A stretch of 64,000 nt of DNA, taken from NCBI GenBank assembly GCA_017453485.1, contig JAFTEW010000042.1, forward strand, positions 1,331 to 65,330, given 5' to 3'. Below are positions 28,028 to 38,734 of the stretch, piece after piece. This stretch comes from Alphaproteobacteria bacterium (GTDB taxonomy: Bacteria > Pseudomonadota > Alphaproteobacteria > CAAHEQ01 > UBA3637). Every line of letters starts with the position of its first letter. The first letter of the stretch is position 1. The notes beneath the pieces are model-generated. The model saw only the letters and a list, made by a program, of their open reading frames with translations, ran no database searches and was not told the origin of the DNA. Both the position numbers and the translations under genes were made by a program.

Positions 28028-28612
28028 TTATTGAAATGACACGGAAGGAACTTTGGCCGTCGCCTCATCAATTGACAGCATTTCCCGCGGTTCAAAATCG
28101 GTGAATAAGGGGATAATCCATCTATTGGGAATAACACGAATATGATTGTTGAATTGACGCACAGCATTATTATAGTCCTGACGAGCAACGGCAATTCGAT
28201 TTTCGGTTCCTTCCAATTGCGATTGCAAAGCTAAAAAGTTCTCATTAGCCTTTAATGCCGGATAGTTTTCAGAAATCGCAATCAAGCGGCCGAGGGCCCC
28301 GGATAATTCTCCTTGGGCGGCCAGGAATTGCTTTACGGATTGGGAATCATTGACATCAACTTGTATTTGGGTAGCCTTACTCCGCGCTTCAACCACTTCA
28401 TTCAACGTATTTTTTTCATGGGCTGCATACCCCTTGACAACCTCAACCAGATTTGGGATTAAATCGCTGCGCCGTTGATATTGATTGGCAATTTCACTCC
28501 ATTGAAAATCCGTATTTTCATTCAGGCGAATACACCGATTAACCAATCCAACACCCCAAAAGCCCATTAAAAAAACGACCAAAACAACACCAAAAATTAC
28601 TAGTTTTTTCAT
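28028..28612 (-). CDS. LemA family protein
   Basis: 194 aa with an N-terminal TM, QYQRRSDLIPNLVEVVKGYAAHE and ENYPALKANENF motifs. It shows the usual LemA-TPM pairing. Confidence 0.85.
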   Translation of the reverse strand: MKKLVIFGVVLVVFLMGFWGVGLVNRCIRLNENTDFQWSEIANQYQRRSDLIPNLVEVVKGYAAHEKNTLNEVVEARSKATQIQVDVNDSQSVKQFLAAQGELSGALGRLIAISENYPALKANENFLALQSQLEGTENRIAVARQDYNNAVRQFNNHIRVIPNRWIIPLFTDFEPREMLSIDEATAKVPSVSFQ

Positions 28613-28682
28613 ATAAAATCTCCTTTTTAAAACAATATACCTCTAACCTATCCGATACAAAAATCAATTGCAAGAGAAAAGA

Positions 28683-29483
28683 TTATATTTCCCGAATATC
28701 TTTTTTAGATGACAACCCACCCAAAAAAGAGCATAAAAATGCAAGAATTGATCCAATCGTCGATAAAACAAAATTGATAAACAAGCCGGATATAAAACCA
28801 AAAATAAATAACTTTTCAGTGTCTTCCCGGCCGGCCTCAATGACTTTTTGAAATCCCGTTTGAACATCGGAGGGAACAAATTGCAGCACCCCCCAATCCG
28901 CACAAGTTCGGTAAATAATATCCGGATAATAAACGACCAAATAAATCCACCCAAAAAATAACAATGAATTACACCAGTTGTATATTTTCAAAAAAATGTT
29001 CTTGTTTTGCCGGACAGCAGACTCTTTTTCACCTTCTTTTGACGGAACGGTGACAAATGTTTCAACCTGTGGGGCATTTTTAACAGGTTCGGTATCAAAA
29101 TAATTTTCTTTAAAATCAAGAATCGGATTTGCTGCCGAATATACTGTTATGCAACCATAGACAATACTCAGTATCAAACACAACAAAATTGGTTGAAAAA
29201 TTTGCCCTGTAAACAAGCCACCCACCAGCGAGAAAAAACAAAAGAAGAGCCCTATTCCGGCCAAAAGATAAAAACTTGCAATTCGATCTCGGATACTATC
29301 CTTTCCTATTTCTTTTTCTTGCCATTTCTTTAAAATAACGGGATTAATTTTTGTGGCAACGGAAACAGCCAATGACCTAAAATGTTGATGAAATTCCTTC
29401 ACATTCGGATGCCGTTCCAAAAAGGCGACACCTGAGGCATATAAGTTTAACAATTCATTATGGTCCTGTTGATTTTGTTTCAT
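28683..29483 (-). CDS. hypothetical multi-pass membrane protein
   Basis: 266-aa ORF with several hydrophobic segments and no recognised motif. It starts 1 nt after the HAD gene stop. Confidence 0.5.
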   Translation of the reverse strand: MKQNQQDHNELLNLYASGVAFLERHPNVKEFHQHFRSLAVSVATKINPVILKKWQEKEIGKDSIRDRIASFYLLAGIGLFFCFFSLVGGLFTGQIFQPILLCLILSIVYGCITVYSAANPILDFKENYFDTEPVKNAPQVETFVTVPSKEGEKESAVRQNKNIFLKIYNWCNSLLFFGWIYLVVYYPDIIYRTCADWGVLQFVPSDVQTGFQKVIEAGREDTEKLFIFGFISGLFINFVLSTIGSILAFLCSFLGGLSSKKDIREI

Positions 29484-29484
29484 T

Positions 29485-30114
29485 CTATCCTTCCATTTTC
29501 TCTTTTAAAAAAGCAAAAACACCGGCCAAATCCGGCACCCGTTTATCATAAGGATAAGGAGCATCCTGCGGCCGGATAAAAAGACTATATGCCCCGATAG
29601 CCCGGGCAAAGGCTACGTCGGATTCCCCATCCCCAATCATCAATATATGCCGGGGACGATCCGTTCCAAAAATTTTATCGGCAAAGGCCGGCTCGGGCTT
29701 GGCCACACCATGATTATGCGTTCCGACAATTTTTTGGAAATAGATGTCAATATGAAAACGTTTGGCTTCTTCAACCAAAATGTCTGTGTTTTTATTGCTG
29801 ACAACATATTGCGGAATACCTTGTTGTTGGGCCAAGTTCAAAACAGCGACCGTTTCCGGAAAAAGAACGGCACGATCATTGTTTTCCTGATAATAAGTTA
29901 AAAATTTTTCGACGGCCGGTATCGGATCAGGGCCATAATGACGAAACCAAAAATCAACCAAATGTCCGCCGATAACCTCTGTGACCTCATCATCCGTAAC
30001 AGAAACACCTGTTTCTTGCCCTAACTGTTTCAAAGCCTGTTCCGCTATCGGACGGCTGTTTAATAATGTATTGTCCCAATCCCACAGAATAGCGTCGGGG
30101 GTATGCCATTTCAT
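29485..30114 (-). CDS. HAD-superfamily hydrolase (phosphoglycolate phosphatase-like)
   Basis: Motif I is WDWDNTLL, motif III/IV is MIGDGESDVAFA. 209 aa. Its ATG overlaps the stop of the upstream gene (ATGA). Confidence 0.75.
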   Translation of the reverse strand: MKWHTPDAILWDWDNTLLNSRPIAEQALKQLGQETGVSVTDDEVTEVIGGHLVDFWFRHYGPDPIPAVEKFLTYYQENNDRAVLFPETVAVLNLAQQQGIPQYVVSNKNTDILVEEAKRFHIDIYFQKIVGTHNHGVAKPEPAFADKIFGTDRPRHILMIGDGESDVAFARAIGAYSLFIRPQDAPYPYDKRVPDLAGVFAFLKEKMEG

Positions 30115-30923
30115 CGGCTGTGCATCCTTTCCTTTTGACGATTACGCAGAGCCTGACGCATCGTTATCTCATTTTGTTTTTGGCGATCCAGCTCCATTTG
30201 ACGCACACGCGTTCTGTTTAAATAGCGCGCCCTTTCCCGTCCCAGTTCCAGTTGCCGTTTGCGATCATAATCATAAATTAAAGCCCGCACATTTTTAAGC
30301 AAATCCTGATCTTGGGGTTGCTTTTGGAAACTATCCAGAAATGACTCTATTTGTTTCGGATTCAGCAAAATATCCTTTATCATTTCTTTTTCGGAATTAT
30401 CCATAACCAAAAATAAATTCATCAGTAATGTCTTGGTCTGCCGTGACATAAGCGGCATACCGTCAGCATCCAAAATCCCTTTAAATTCCTGAGCCTCGGG
30501 CGACCCGTATTTATTTTTCATATCTTGCCGTTTTAAAAGTATTTTATCGCTCAACGCATCCGGATTATCCCCCTCTCCCGGATCCAACACAATTTGAATA
30601 CCTGTTCGTGATACCAAGTCCACAAACATCCGCTGAAAAGAGTGCTCTAACTTTAAAAAAGCACGCTTGGTTTCTTCAACTAAGTAGTGATCCACGGTAT
30701 AAGAATCAATAAATGAAAGCCCCGTTTCAACGATATTGTTCGGCTCACCCCGGCAATCAGAACAGCGCCGGACGGTATGCAGGGGACTGCCCCCCAAAAA
30801 AGTATCATACTGATTGCAATAAAACGGAATCGTATTCGGTACAAAAGAACGCATCCCCAAAAACGGACAATCCCGGGGGCAATCCAAAACATCTGGCGGC
30901 AAAATATGCGGATTTATCGTCAT
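30111..30923 (-). CDS. hypothetical protein with an N-terminal Cys cluster and a basic C-terminal helix
   Basis: 270 aa with CPRDCP...C...CSDC near the N-terminus. The C-terminus is Arg/Gln-rich (RERARYLNRTRVRQMELDRQKQNEITMRQALRNRQKERMHSR). There is no SD, and the promoter -10 ends 6 nt before the ATG. Confidence 0.5.
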   Translation of the reverse strand: MTINPHILPPDVLDCPRDCPFLGMRSFVPNTIPFYCNQYDTFLGGSPLHTVRRCSDCRGEPNNIVETGLSFIDSYTVDHYLVEETKRAFLKLEHSFQRMFVDLVSRTGIQIVLDPGEGDNPDALSDKILLKRQDMKNKYGSPEAQEFKGILDADGMPLMSRQTKTLLMNLFLVMDNSEKEMIKDILLNPKQIESFLDSFQKQPQDQDLLKNVRALIYDYDRKRQLELGRERARYLNRTRVRQMELDRQKQNEITMRQALRNRQKERMHSR

Positions 30924-30929
30924 GCCCGT

Positions 30930-30958
30930 ATCATACGCCTATATCCCGAAAATATCAA
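30930..30958 (-). promoter_or_regulatory. sigma70-like promoter; possible leaderless transcript for the 30923 gene
   Basis: Minus strand: TTGATA, 17 nt, TATGAT, then ACGGGC-ATG. Confidence 0.45.
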
Positions 30959-31009
30959 GTGTAATTTTATTTTTAAACCAATTGTCAATTTATACATAAA
31001 TAAAAAACA

Positions 31010-31038
31010 TTGACAAAATTACCGGACTATGCTATACT
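31010..31038 (+). promoter_or_regulatory. sigma70-like promoter for the ankyrin/MORN gene
   Basis: TTGACA, 17 nt, TATACT. It lies over and downstream of the ORF-track ATG (31029), which supports the 31074 start. Confidence 0.55.
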
Positions 31039-31073
31039 ACAACCCACAATTCGGTCAGGAGGACCAATCATTT

Positions 31074-32051
31074 ATGTCAGAACAAGAAAATGTTATGTCA
31101 AAACAAAATATAATGCGACGCCGGTTATCCGCATTAACACCACAAACAAAATTATTGTTTTTTGCCTGCCGGCACGGATATGTCGGGTTGGCAAAAAAAG
31201 CCTTGAAATTCGGAGCAAATGTAAATGCCCTTCAAAAAATAGCCACTGAATATGACGGTGTTAGAGGTGATTACGAGGCCGTCATTACCGTCTACGGCAC
31301 ACCAATGATGTTAGCTATCAATTGCCGAGATGCTCAAAAATCCGTTCAAAAGCAAGAGGATTACCGAAAAATCGTCGAATTGTTATTGGGTCTAAAATCC
31401 CTGGACAAACAAACGATCTGCTTTACCAAAACCAAATATTATGAGAATGATGGCACCTCGCATCGCGGGTATCAGACTTATTCTTTAACAGATGTAATCA
31501 AGTCCAATTTTAATGAGAAATTCGGTAACAGTTACATTTCGTTTTGGGAAAGAACAAATGAAGACATATTAAGCCTGTTATCCCAAAAAACAGATGTATT
31601 GCGGTATGATACGAAAAAACAGACATATACCGTTTTCGGTGCTTTGGGACACAAAGAGGAGGAAGGTCTTCTTGTTTGGAAGACCTATGAGAATCGACTT
31701 GTCATGCAACCGGTCAATTATTATTATGAAAACGGTTCCTTAAAAGAAAAACACTGGTATCATAGCGGCCATCAAATTGGATTCTATGAACCGACCGGAT
31801 CCATGTATGAACGGGTATGGTATCGCTCGGGCAAAGGTATTTCGGATGATGAAAATTCCATTGTGACGGAACGATTGAACCGGAAAACCGGCTATTACGC
31901 CCGCACAATCCAATATACCGGTCCTGTCAGGATGGCTGTCTGTGCTCAATTAACCCGGATAAAAGAAAGCGCACCGGCCTGTGCCGAACGGCGTCAGTTG
32001 ATGCGAAAAATTGTTGCCGAATATCGGGCCCAAAACAGTCGGGTAGGATAA
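31074..32051 (+). CDS. ankyrin-repeat plus MORN-variant repeat protein (eukaryote-like)
   Basis: 325 aa from MSEQENV, with RBS CAGGAGG. It has an ANK-like LLFFACRHGYVGLAKKALKFGANVNA and a C-terminal YYYENGSLKEKHWYHSGHQIGFYEPTGSMYERVWYRSGKG. Confidence 0.5.
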   Translation: MSEQENVMSKQNIMRRRLSALTPQTKLLFFACRHGYVGLAKKALKFGANVNALQKIATEYDGVRGDYEAVITVYGTPMMLAINCRDAQKSVQKQEDYRKIVELLLGLKSLDKQTICFTKTKYYENDGTSHRGYQTYSLTDVIKSNFNEKFGNSYISFWERTNEDILSLLSQKTDVLRYDTKKQTYTVFGALGHKEEEGLLVWKTYENRLVMQPVNYYYENGSLKEKHWYHSGHQIGFYEPTGSMYERVWYRSGKGISDDENSIVTERLNRKTGYYARTIQYTGPVRMAVCAQLTRIKESAPACAERRQLMRKIVAEYRAQNSRVG

Positions 32052-32057
32052 TCATTT

Positions 32058-32086
32058 AAGTGCTTTGGAAACAAAGCACTTTTTTA
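32058..32086 (+). terminator. intrinsic terminator (usable from both directions)
   Basis: 10-bp stem AAGTGCTTTG/CAAAGCACTT with loop GAAA, then TTTTT. Confidence 0.65.
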
Positions 32087-33166
32087 TTGCTTTTGCATCA
32101 AACACAGGAAAAATCCGTCTGTTCCCGTCCGATAGGGAGAATACCGCTTTTGTTTTAAAATGCGGTAATTCGGATTTTGATTCAGAAAGCATTCAACCTG
32201 GTTTTCATTTTCATCTCGTGTTAATGAACAAGTAATGTAAGATAAATAGTGTCCAGGCTTTACGAATTTTTCGGCTCGATTTAAAATCTCGTTTTGCAAT
32301 TTCGTAATATTCGCCAGTTGCTTTTCCTGTAATTTCCAGCGCATATCCGGCATTCGGCGCCAAGTTCCTGTCCCCGAGCACGGGGCGTCCACCACCACAT
32401 GATCAAATTTTTTAAATGGTTCGGGTAATTTCGTCACGATTTTAATAATACTGACATGACACCGCTGAGCCCGTTTAACCAGTTCAAACAACCGTTTTGG
32501 GGCAGCATCATAGGCCTGAATGAACCCCCGATTTTCCATCATTTGAGCAAAAATCAGGCTTTTGCCGCCGGCACCAGCACAAAAATCAAAAACATCTTGC
32601 TTCGGCTTAACCCCGATGTCCAGGGCAACCAATTGAGCCCCCTCGTCTTGAATTTCCAATAATCCTTTTTTATAGGCCTTTGTATCGGACAGATTAGCAT
32701 ATTCGGCCAAAATAATCCCAAAAGGCGATTGGGAACAGGGACTGACGGATAAACCATCCCCACAAAGCAACTCAATCACCTTATCCCGATCACCGTTCGC
32801 CCGCAGTATAATCGGTGCATTTCCCAACATTTTCGGCAACTCATTTTCCGCATCCGGAACATGTGCCGGAAACCAATCCGGAACCTCCCATTTGACAAAA
32901 TCAGGAGCACCGGATGTATCGGGCATGCCCTGTTCCGCCAACAATCGCACTCGATTCAACCAATCCTGATCCGGCCAGGCATACAACAACCGGGCCCGAG
33001 CCCGAATAACGGTCCAAACCAAATCTAGAACACTTTGCCGTTCATCGGATGTCAGATACCGATGGGTCCTGAGATAATCCGTGATAATTTCATTGGCCGA
33101 TGTCTGTCGTGCCTCCGTCTTTTCCAACAAATAAGCAACCGATTTATAGAGTTCTAACGTATCCAT
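32084..33166 (-). CDS. RsmB/NOP2/Sun-family rRNA cytosine-C5 methyltransferase
   Basis: SAM motif FDFCAGAGGKS and catalytic DAPCSGTGTWRRMPDMRW. I chose the start at MDTLELY; the ORF track allows 33202. Confidence 0.8.
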   Translation of the reverse strand: MDTLELYKSVAYLLEKTEARQTSANEIITDYLRTHRYLTSDERQSVLDLVWTVIRARARLLYAWPDQDWLNRVRLLAEQGMPDTSGAPDFVKWEVPDWFPAHVPDAENELPKMLGNAPIILRANGDRDKVIELLCGDGLSVSPCSQSPFGIILAEYANLSDTKAYKKGLLEIQDEGAQLVALDIGVKPKQDVFDFCAGAGGKSLIFAQMMENRGFIQAYDAAPKRLFELVKRAQRCHVSIIKIVTKLPEPFKKFDHVVVDAPCSGTGTWRRMPDMRWKLQEKQLANITKLQNEILNRAEKFVKPGHYLSYITCSLTRDENENQVECFLNQNPNYRILKQKRYSPYRTGTDGFFLCLMQKQ

Positions 33167-33276
33167 AAAATGGATTTTAACACAAATCCGTTTTATATTC
33201 AACCGATTTATCCGCCTGAATGTTTCAGGATTACTATTTTTATCAACGACGAGACCAAGAATCCGTTAAAAATTCC

Positions 33277-33305
33277 TTGCTTTTTCAAATGATTTTTGAT
33301 ATAAT
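33277..33305 (+). promoter_or_regulatory. sigma70-like promoter of typA
   Basis: TTGCTT, 17 nt, TATAAT. Confidence 0.5.
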
Positions 33306-33338
33306 TCGCGCCAAAATAATTGAACAAAAGGACAAACA

Positions 33339-35171
33339 ATGACCCAAAACATACGAAATATCGCAATTATCGCCCATGTTGACCACGGTAAAACCACTTT
33401 TGTGGATGCTTTTTTAAAACAAAGCGGTGCTTTCCGGGAGAATCAACAAGTCGCCACTTGCGCTATGGATTCCGGCGATTTAGAGCGGGAACGCGGTATT
33501 ACTATTTTTGCTAAATGTACTTCGGTTGAATGGAAGGGCACCCGAATTAACATTGTTGATACACCGGGCCATGCCGATTTTGGCGGTGAAGTAGAACGAA
33601 TTTTATCCATGGTGGATGGTGTTATCGTTTTGGTTGACGCGGCGGAAGGTCCTCTGCCCCAAACAAAATTTGTGGTCAGTAAAGCTCTGAAACTGGGATT
33701 ACGCCCGATTGTTGTCATTAACAAAGTTGATCGGTCCGACGCCCGGCCGATTGAGGTTCAAAATGAAGTCTTTGACCTGTTTGCCAATCTGGGGGCAACG
33801 GATGAACAACTGGATTTTCCGACCTTGTTTGCATCGGGACGGGACGGATGGGCGGCCAATTCTCTGACAGATGAACGCAAAAACATTGAACCTCTGTTCA
33901 ACAAGATTTTGGAACATGTTCCGGCTCCCGTTTGTGATGAAAACGGTCCGTTTAAAATGCTGGTGACAACCTTAGAGGCAGACCCGTTTGTCGGACGGAT
34001 TTTGACCGGCCGAATTACTTCCGGTAAAATTAAAACGAATCAAATGATTAAGGCTATTTCCCGTGAAGGAAAGCAAATTGAAACAGCGCGAGCCTCCAAA
34101 ATCTTGGCTTTTCGCGGATTAAAACGGCAACCGATTGAAGAAGGTTTGGCCGGAGATATCGTCAGCATTGCCGGTTTTTCCGAAGCAACCGTTGCCGATA
34201 CCTTGTGCGACCTGAGCGTCGAAGAACCGATGCATGCTCTGCCGATTGATCCACCAACCTTGGCCATGACCTTTTCAATCAATACGTCGCCTTTGGCCGG
34301 AACGGAAGGTGATAAAGTGACATCGCGCATGATTTGGGACCGCCTGGAAAAAGAGGCCGAAGGCAACATCGCTTTAAAAATTTCGCGCACGGATTCGACC
34401 GATTCTTTTGAAGTGGCCGGTCGTGGTGAATTGCAACTAGGCATTTTAATTGAAACAATGCGCCGAGAAGGATACGAATTATCAGTTTCACGGCCGCGCG
34501 TTGTCTTTCACACGGATGAACAAGGGCATAAATTTGAGCCGATGGAAGAAGTCGTTATTGACGTTGATGATGCCTATACCGGTGTCGTCGTAGAGAAAAT
34601 GTCCGTCCGCAAAGCCGAAATGACAGAAATGGTCCCCAGCGGGGGCGGCAAGACACGATTGACATTCCTGGCACCCTCACGGGGACTTATCGGTTATCAC
34701 AGTGAATTTCTGACCGATACCTGCGGCACAGGGGTTATGAACCGCCTGTTTCACAGTTATGCTCCTTATAAAGGTCCGATTTCCGGCCGGCGGAACGGCG
34801 TTTTGATTTCGACCGAATCCGGTAAATCGGTGGCCTATGCTCTGTGGAATATCCAGGAACGGGGGCCCTTGTTTATCCCCGCTGGCGTTGCCGTTTATCC
34901 GGGGATGATTATCGGAGCCAACGCCAAACCGGGTGATATTGAAGTCAACCCGATTAAGGGGAAAAAATTAACAAATATGCGGGCTGCCGGAAAAGATGAA
35001 GCCGTTGCTTTAATTCCGCCGGTGCAAATGTCTTTGGAAGCCGCCCTATCCTATATTGCCGAAGATGAGTTGGTTGAGGTCACCCCAAAAACCATCCGCT
35101 TGCGGAAAAAGTTATTGGACAGTAATGATCGTCGCAAATTCGAACGCGGGCGATTACCAGAGGCTGAATAA
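33339..35171 (+). CDS. typA: translational GTPase TypA/BipA
   Basis: 610 aa. [16 protein letters not shown] and [12 protein letters not shown] are present, with EF-G-like domain order. Confidence 0.95.
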   Translation: MTQNIRNIAIIAHVDHGKTTFVDAFLKQSGAFRENQQVATCAMDSGDLERERGITIFAKCTSVEWKGTRINIVDTPGHADFGGEVERILSMVDGVIVLVDAAEGPLPQTKFVVSKALKLGLRPIVVINKVDRSDARPIEVQNEVFDLFANLGATDEQLDFPTLFASGRDGWAANSLTDERKNIEPLFNKILEHVPAPVCDENGPFKMLVTTLEADPFVGRILTGRITSGKIKTNQMIKAISREGKQIETARASKILAFRGLKRQPIEEGLAGDIVSIAGFSEATVADTLCDLSVEEPMHALPIDPPTLAMTFSINTSPLAGTEGDKVTSRMIWDRLEKEAEGNIALKISRTDSTDSFEVAGRGELQLGILIETMRREGYELSVSRPRVVFHTDEQGHKFEPMEEVVIDVDDAYTGVVVEKMSVRKAEMTEMVPSGGGKTRLTFLAPSRGLIGYHSEFLTDTCGTGVMNRLFHSYAPYKGPISGRRNGVLISTESGKSVAYALWNIQERGPLFIPAGVAVYPGMIIGANAKPGDIEVNPIKGKKLTNMRAAGKDEAVALIPPVQMSLEAALSYIAEDELVEVTPKTIRLRKKLLDSNDRRKFERGRLPEAE

Positions 35172-36395
35172 ATGCGTGAAATTTTAAAAAAATACATCGA
35201 TCCGAAAATTTTACCTTTTTTAGGATTAGGGATCGCCGTTCAGGCCCCGATTAACCTAATCGGCGGTTCACTTAAATTATGGACGCGGTCATCCGGTCTT
35301 GAATTAGCAACTGTCGGTGTTTTTGCGGCCGTCACCATGCCATATAGTTTGAAATTTTTATGGGCTCCCATCATTGATCGGTTAAATTTACCGTGGGCAA
35401 AAAAAATGGGGTGCAAACGGGCGTGGTGCCTGCTATTTCAGTTAGGAATACTGGCAGGGCTTTGGTTCATATCATTTTTAAATCCCCTTCAAAATGTTTG
35501 GCCTTTATTCATCGGATGTTTGTTGATTGCTGTTTGCGGGGCCAGTCAGGCATTAACCGTAGATTCTCTTAAAATCGATATTTTAAATGATTCGGAGCTG
35601 ACGGACGGAACCGCCGTTAAGGAATTTGGTGGCAGAATCGGGTATTTAGGGGCAACGGCGGGAATGCTTGCCCTATCGCACTATTTAGGGTGGAATGCCG
35701 CCTATAAAATTTCAACGATTATGACCGTTATCGGGATTATTTCTTTGATGTTCGTGAAAGAACCCATTTCAAAGCCGGAACCTATTAATTTTAATACCGC
35801 CATTAAGATGCCTTTTATGGATTTATGGAACAGGCAAAGTTTCCCGATGTTGTGCCTGTTTATCGTGCTTTATAAACTATGCAACGGGATGCTGGGCAGT
35901 ATGGCATGGCCCTTCTATCATGATAATGGATTTAGCGATTTAGATATTATGCGGGTATCCAGCATATTCGGAACAATTATGACGGCAATGGGTATTTTCT
36001 GTGGAGGGATTGTCCTGCATCGGTTTAAGTTCAAACCCCTGTTGTTCACTTTGGGATGTATTGAAATTTTAACAAGTTTTGCTTTTGCAGGGCTGGCAAT
36101 GGCAGGTCGCAATATTCCCTTGTTTGTCTTGGTTATTATTTTTGACAACATTGTCGGTGGTATTGGCAGTGCGGTTTGGGTCGTCTTTATATCCCGCAAG
36201 TGTTCCAGAGCCTTTTCGGCCACACAATATGGTTTTCTGGACGCTTTAACGATGATACCGCTTACCTTACTTGGTATGCTCAGCGGTTGGTTGGCTCAAA
36301 CACTCGGGTGGATTGAATTTTTCATGTTAACGGGTTTGATGATGGTGCCGGCTCTGATTCTTATTCAAACAACATCTCTTATCAAGGAAAAATAA
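35172..36395 (+). CDS. ampG: AmpG-family muropeptide MFS permease
   Basis: 407 aa, multi-TM. The motif TMPYSLKFLWAPIIDR is characteristic of AmpG. Confidence 0.75.
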   Translation: MREILKKYIDPKILPFLGLGIAVQAPINLIGGSLKLWTRSSGLELATVGVFAAVTMPYSLKFLWAPIIDRLNLPWAKKMGCKRAWCLLFQLGILAGLWFISFLNPLQNVWPLFIGCLLIAVCGASQALTVDSLKIDILNDSELTDGTAVKEFGGRIGYLGATAGMLALSHYLGWNAAYKISTIMTVIGIISLMFVKEPISKPEPINFNTAIKMPFMDLWNRQSFPMLCLFIVLYKLCNGMLGSMAWPFYHDNGFSDLDIMRVSSIFGTIMTAMGIFCGGIVLHRFKFKPLLFTLGCIEILTSFAFAGLAMAGRNIPLFVLVIIFDNIVGGIGSAVWVVFISRKCSRAFSATQYGFLDALTMIPLTLLGMLSGWLAQTLGWIEFFMLTGLMMVPALILIQTTSLIKEK

Positions 36396-36396
36396 A

Positions 36397-36750
36397 ATGA
36401 GGTATATCGTTGTTCGTTCTCCCCTTAAAAAGCCCCTTGTCTTATTCTGGGAAGGAAGAACAACGCATCCGGCCATGGCAAAATCAAAAAAAATTCCGGA
36501 TAACCAAATTTCATCGGTCGGATATATTACTTATCGCCGTGATAAAAGTGATTTTTTTATCACATGGCATACCCCCTACCCGGATAAGCAAAGCCCGGCA
36601 ATCGCCCAGGAAGACATCAACATTATTATGCGACAAGCCCGCGAAAAATACAGGAATGATGAGGCGCTTAAAAACCGGTTAGCCGATGCGTTTGAAAAGA
36701 CGCAACGTGCCAATCAGGCAATAATGAATAAATTTTTTATCAATCGGTAA
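36397..36750 (+). CDS. hypothetical protein
   Basis: 117-aa ORF starting 1 nt after the ampG stop. No recognised motif. Confidence 0.45.
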   Translation: MRYIVVRSPLKKPLVLFWEGRTTHPAMAKSKKIPDNQISSVGYITYRRDKSDFFITWHTPYPDKQSPAIAQEDINIIMRQAREKYRNDEALKNRLADAFEKTQRANQAIMNKFFINR

Positions 36751-36753
36751 ATC

Positions 36754-37053
36754 TTATTTTTCCGGCAGCAAAATCAAATCGTTTCGATGCCCCATATTCA
36801 ACATTTGAAGAGCCGATTCTTCTAACTGATCCATATCCAAAGCATTTAGTGATAAGGCTTTTACTTTCACTTCCAAAGCCATGCGCCGCCGATGGACATC
36901 ATCTGCCACATGCCTGGCCGCGACGATTTCTTGATTGACCTGGCGGATTCTTTTATAACCGCGGGCCCCATAAATACCGTGATAAATGAAATAGGCCGCA
37001 ATAACCAAACAGATCAACGGGAACAATCGGATTGAGGGTAATTCAATTCTCAT
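36754..37053 (-). CDS. ftsB: septum formation initiator FtsB/DivIC-like
   Basis: 99 aa with one TM, then a coiled coil (GYKRIRQVNQEIVAARHVADDV...). Confidence 0.65.
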   Translation of the reverse strand: MRIELPSIRLFPLICLVIAAYFIYHGIYGARGYKRIRQVNQEIVAARHVADDVHRRRMALEVKVKALSLNALDMDQLEESALQMLNMGHRNDLILLPEK

Positions 37054-38657
37054 TTGCGTTTTGATGCGTCCTCCGGCATTTTCGGATAGGTTCTCCGATG
37101 CAAATCCTGATATAACGTTGTCTGATTGCGTCCGTTAGCTTTGGAAGCATACAAGGCCTCGTCTGCTTGCCGGACAAGACCAGCTAAATTCGTTGTTTGA
37201 TCATCCGATAATCCGATGCTGACCGTTATCGGAATAACCTTGCCGTTTACGGTAGTTTCCATATCGGCGATGGCTTCCCGAACATGTTCGGCCGCTGTCC
37301 GTGCATCTGCCGGGGATGTATTTGACAGGAACATCACAAATTCTTCTCCACCATAACGGGCAACCACATCGGCCTTGCGCAAAGTATCTTTTAAAGTTTT
37401 AGCCAAATTTTTCAAAACGGCATCCCCGGCATCATGGCCATATGTATCATTAATTTTTTTAAAGAAATCAATATCTAACATTCCAACCGTATAGGGATGA
37501 TTATATCGACGGGACGATTGAATAGCCTGATAAGCCAAAATTTCAAATTGCCGCCGATTATAAAGCCCGGTCAAAGGATCTGTTGAGGCTTGCTCTTTTA
37601 ATAATTGAGCCGTTCTTTTCTGCTCAGTGATATCCTTAAATGTTGTAAATAAAACGATTTCCTCATCCAAATCAGTTGTTCGGGTAGTCAAATCAATCCA
37701 AAAATCATTATTTTTTTTCGGATGGTGGACCAAGGCTTCAAATGATTTAACCACCGGCGTTTGCCGTAATAATGTCAACAAGGATTCCTTTTGCTCCTTG
37801 TTAACAAAATAATCGGCCAACCGATATTCGGGGAACTCTAATCGATCCAGCAAAAACATCTGTTGTGCGACGGGATTCATATACAAAACCGTATCATCCC
37901 GCAATCTAGAAATCATAATCGGAAACGGCGAAATTTCCCATACATCCCGTTTGCTTTTCTTTTCGGCTTCCAATCGATAGGATAATTGGGTCACTTCAAT
38001 GTTCAATAATTGGGCTTGGGAAGCCAACGTTAACACAATAGAAATCAGATAAGCCAACAAAATTAATTGTTGAATATTACCCACTAAATCAAACAATTGA
38101 TATCCGTAGCAAATAGTCAGCACAATAAAACCGTTCCCAACCGAACGAATAGCCGTATTCCGACGTGTTGTCGGATTGATATAGAAAGAAATCCCCGCCA
38201 CCAGTAATCCAAGTGTCAAATACAAAGACGTCAAATAATTACCGACGGAATACCACTTTTCCGAAAGGGACAAGCCGATACTGACACCGGCGAATAAAAT
38301 GGATAATATAATTGTCAGGGCAACCGATGAAAAATATAACTTCATATTTTTAAAAGCACCGGCGATAAACAAGGCCGCAATCAGGCAGGTAAAGCCCAAA
38401 TGGGTCAAAGCGATTGCCTGATCGGAAATTACGATATTTAACTTCAAAGCTGCGATCAAGGTAAAAGCAACCGCCGTTAAATCCTTAATAAACAGGGTAT
38501 AAAAAGCCGAACTGAACAATCGGAAACTTTCTTTTTGTGTACCTCGGATCGTTGCCATATTTCCCATTGTTGCCATCAAAAACGACCCTACCAACTCGGC
38601 CCAATATGGCTTTAAAGCCCCAAAAAGCATATCCCAATAGAAAAAAAACGTATTCAT
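37050..38657 (-). CDS. membrane-anchored PAS-GGDEF diguanylate cyclase
   Basis: 535 aa with ~7 N-terminal TM segments, a PAS-like middle, and a GGDEF domain with RYGGEEF and the upstream DPLTGLYNRR. Confidence 0.85.
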   Translation of the reverse strand: MNTFFFYWDMLFGALKPYWAELVGSFLMATMGNMATIRGTQKESFRLFSSAFYTLFIKDLTAVAFTLIAALKLNIVISDQAIALTHLGFTCLIAALFIAGAFKNMKLYFSSVALTIILSILFAGVSIGLSLSEKWYSVGNYLTSLYLTLGLLVAGISFYINPTTRRNTAIRSVGNGFIVLTICYGYQLFDLVGNIQQLILLAYLISIVLTLASQAQLLNIEVTQLSYRLEAEKKSKRDVWEISPFPIMISRLRDDTVLYMNPVAQQMFLLDRLEFPEYRLADYFVNKEQKESLLTLLRQTPVVKSFEALVHHPKKNNDFWIDLTTRTTDLDEEIVLFTTFKDITEQKRTAQLLKEQASTDPLTGLYNRRQFEILAYQAIQSSRRYNHPYTVGMLDIDFFKKINDTYGHDAGDAVLKNLAKTLKDTLRKADVVARYGGEEFVMFLSNTSPADARTAAEHVREAIADMETTVNGKVIPITVSIGLSDDQTTNLAGLVRQADEALYASKANGRNQTTLYQDLHRRTYPKMPEDASKRK

Positions 38658-38734
38658 GGCGACCTCTTATAAGTGATTTTTACGATATTTTACCCAATAA
38701 AAACAAAAAAGTAAAGAAAAATTCAAACAGGGTG

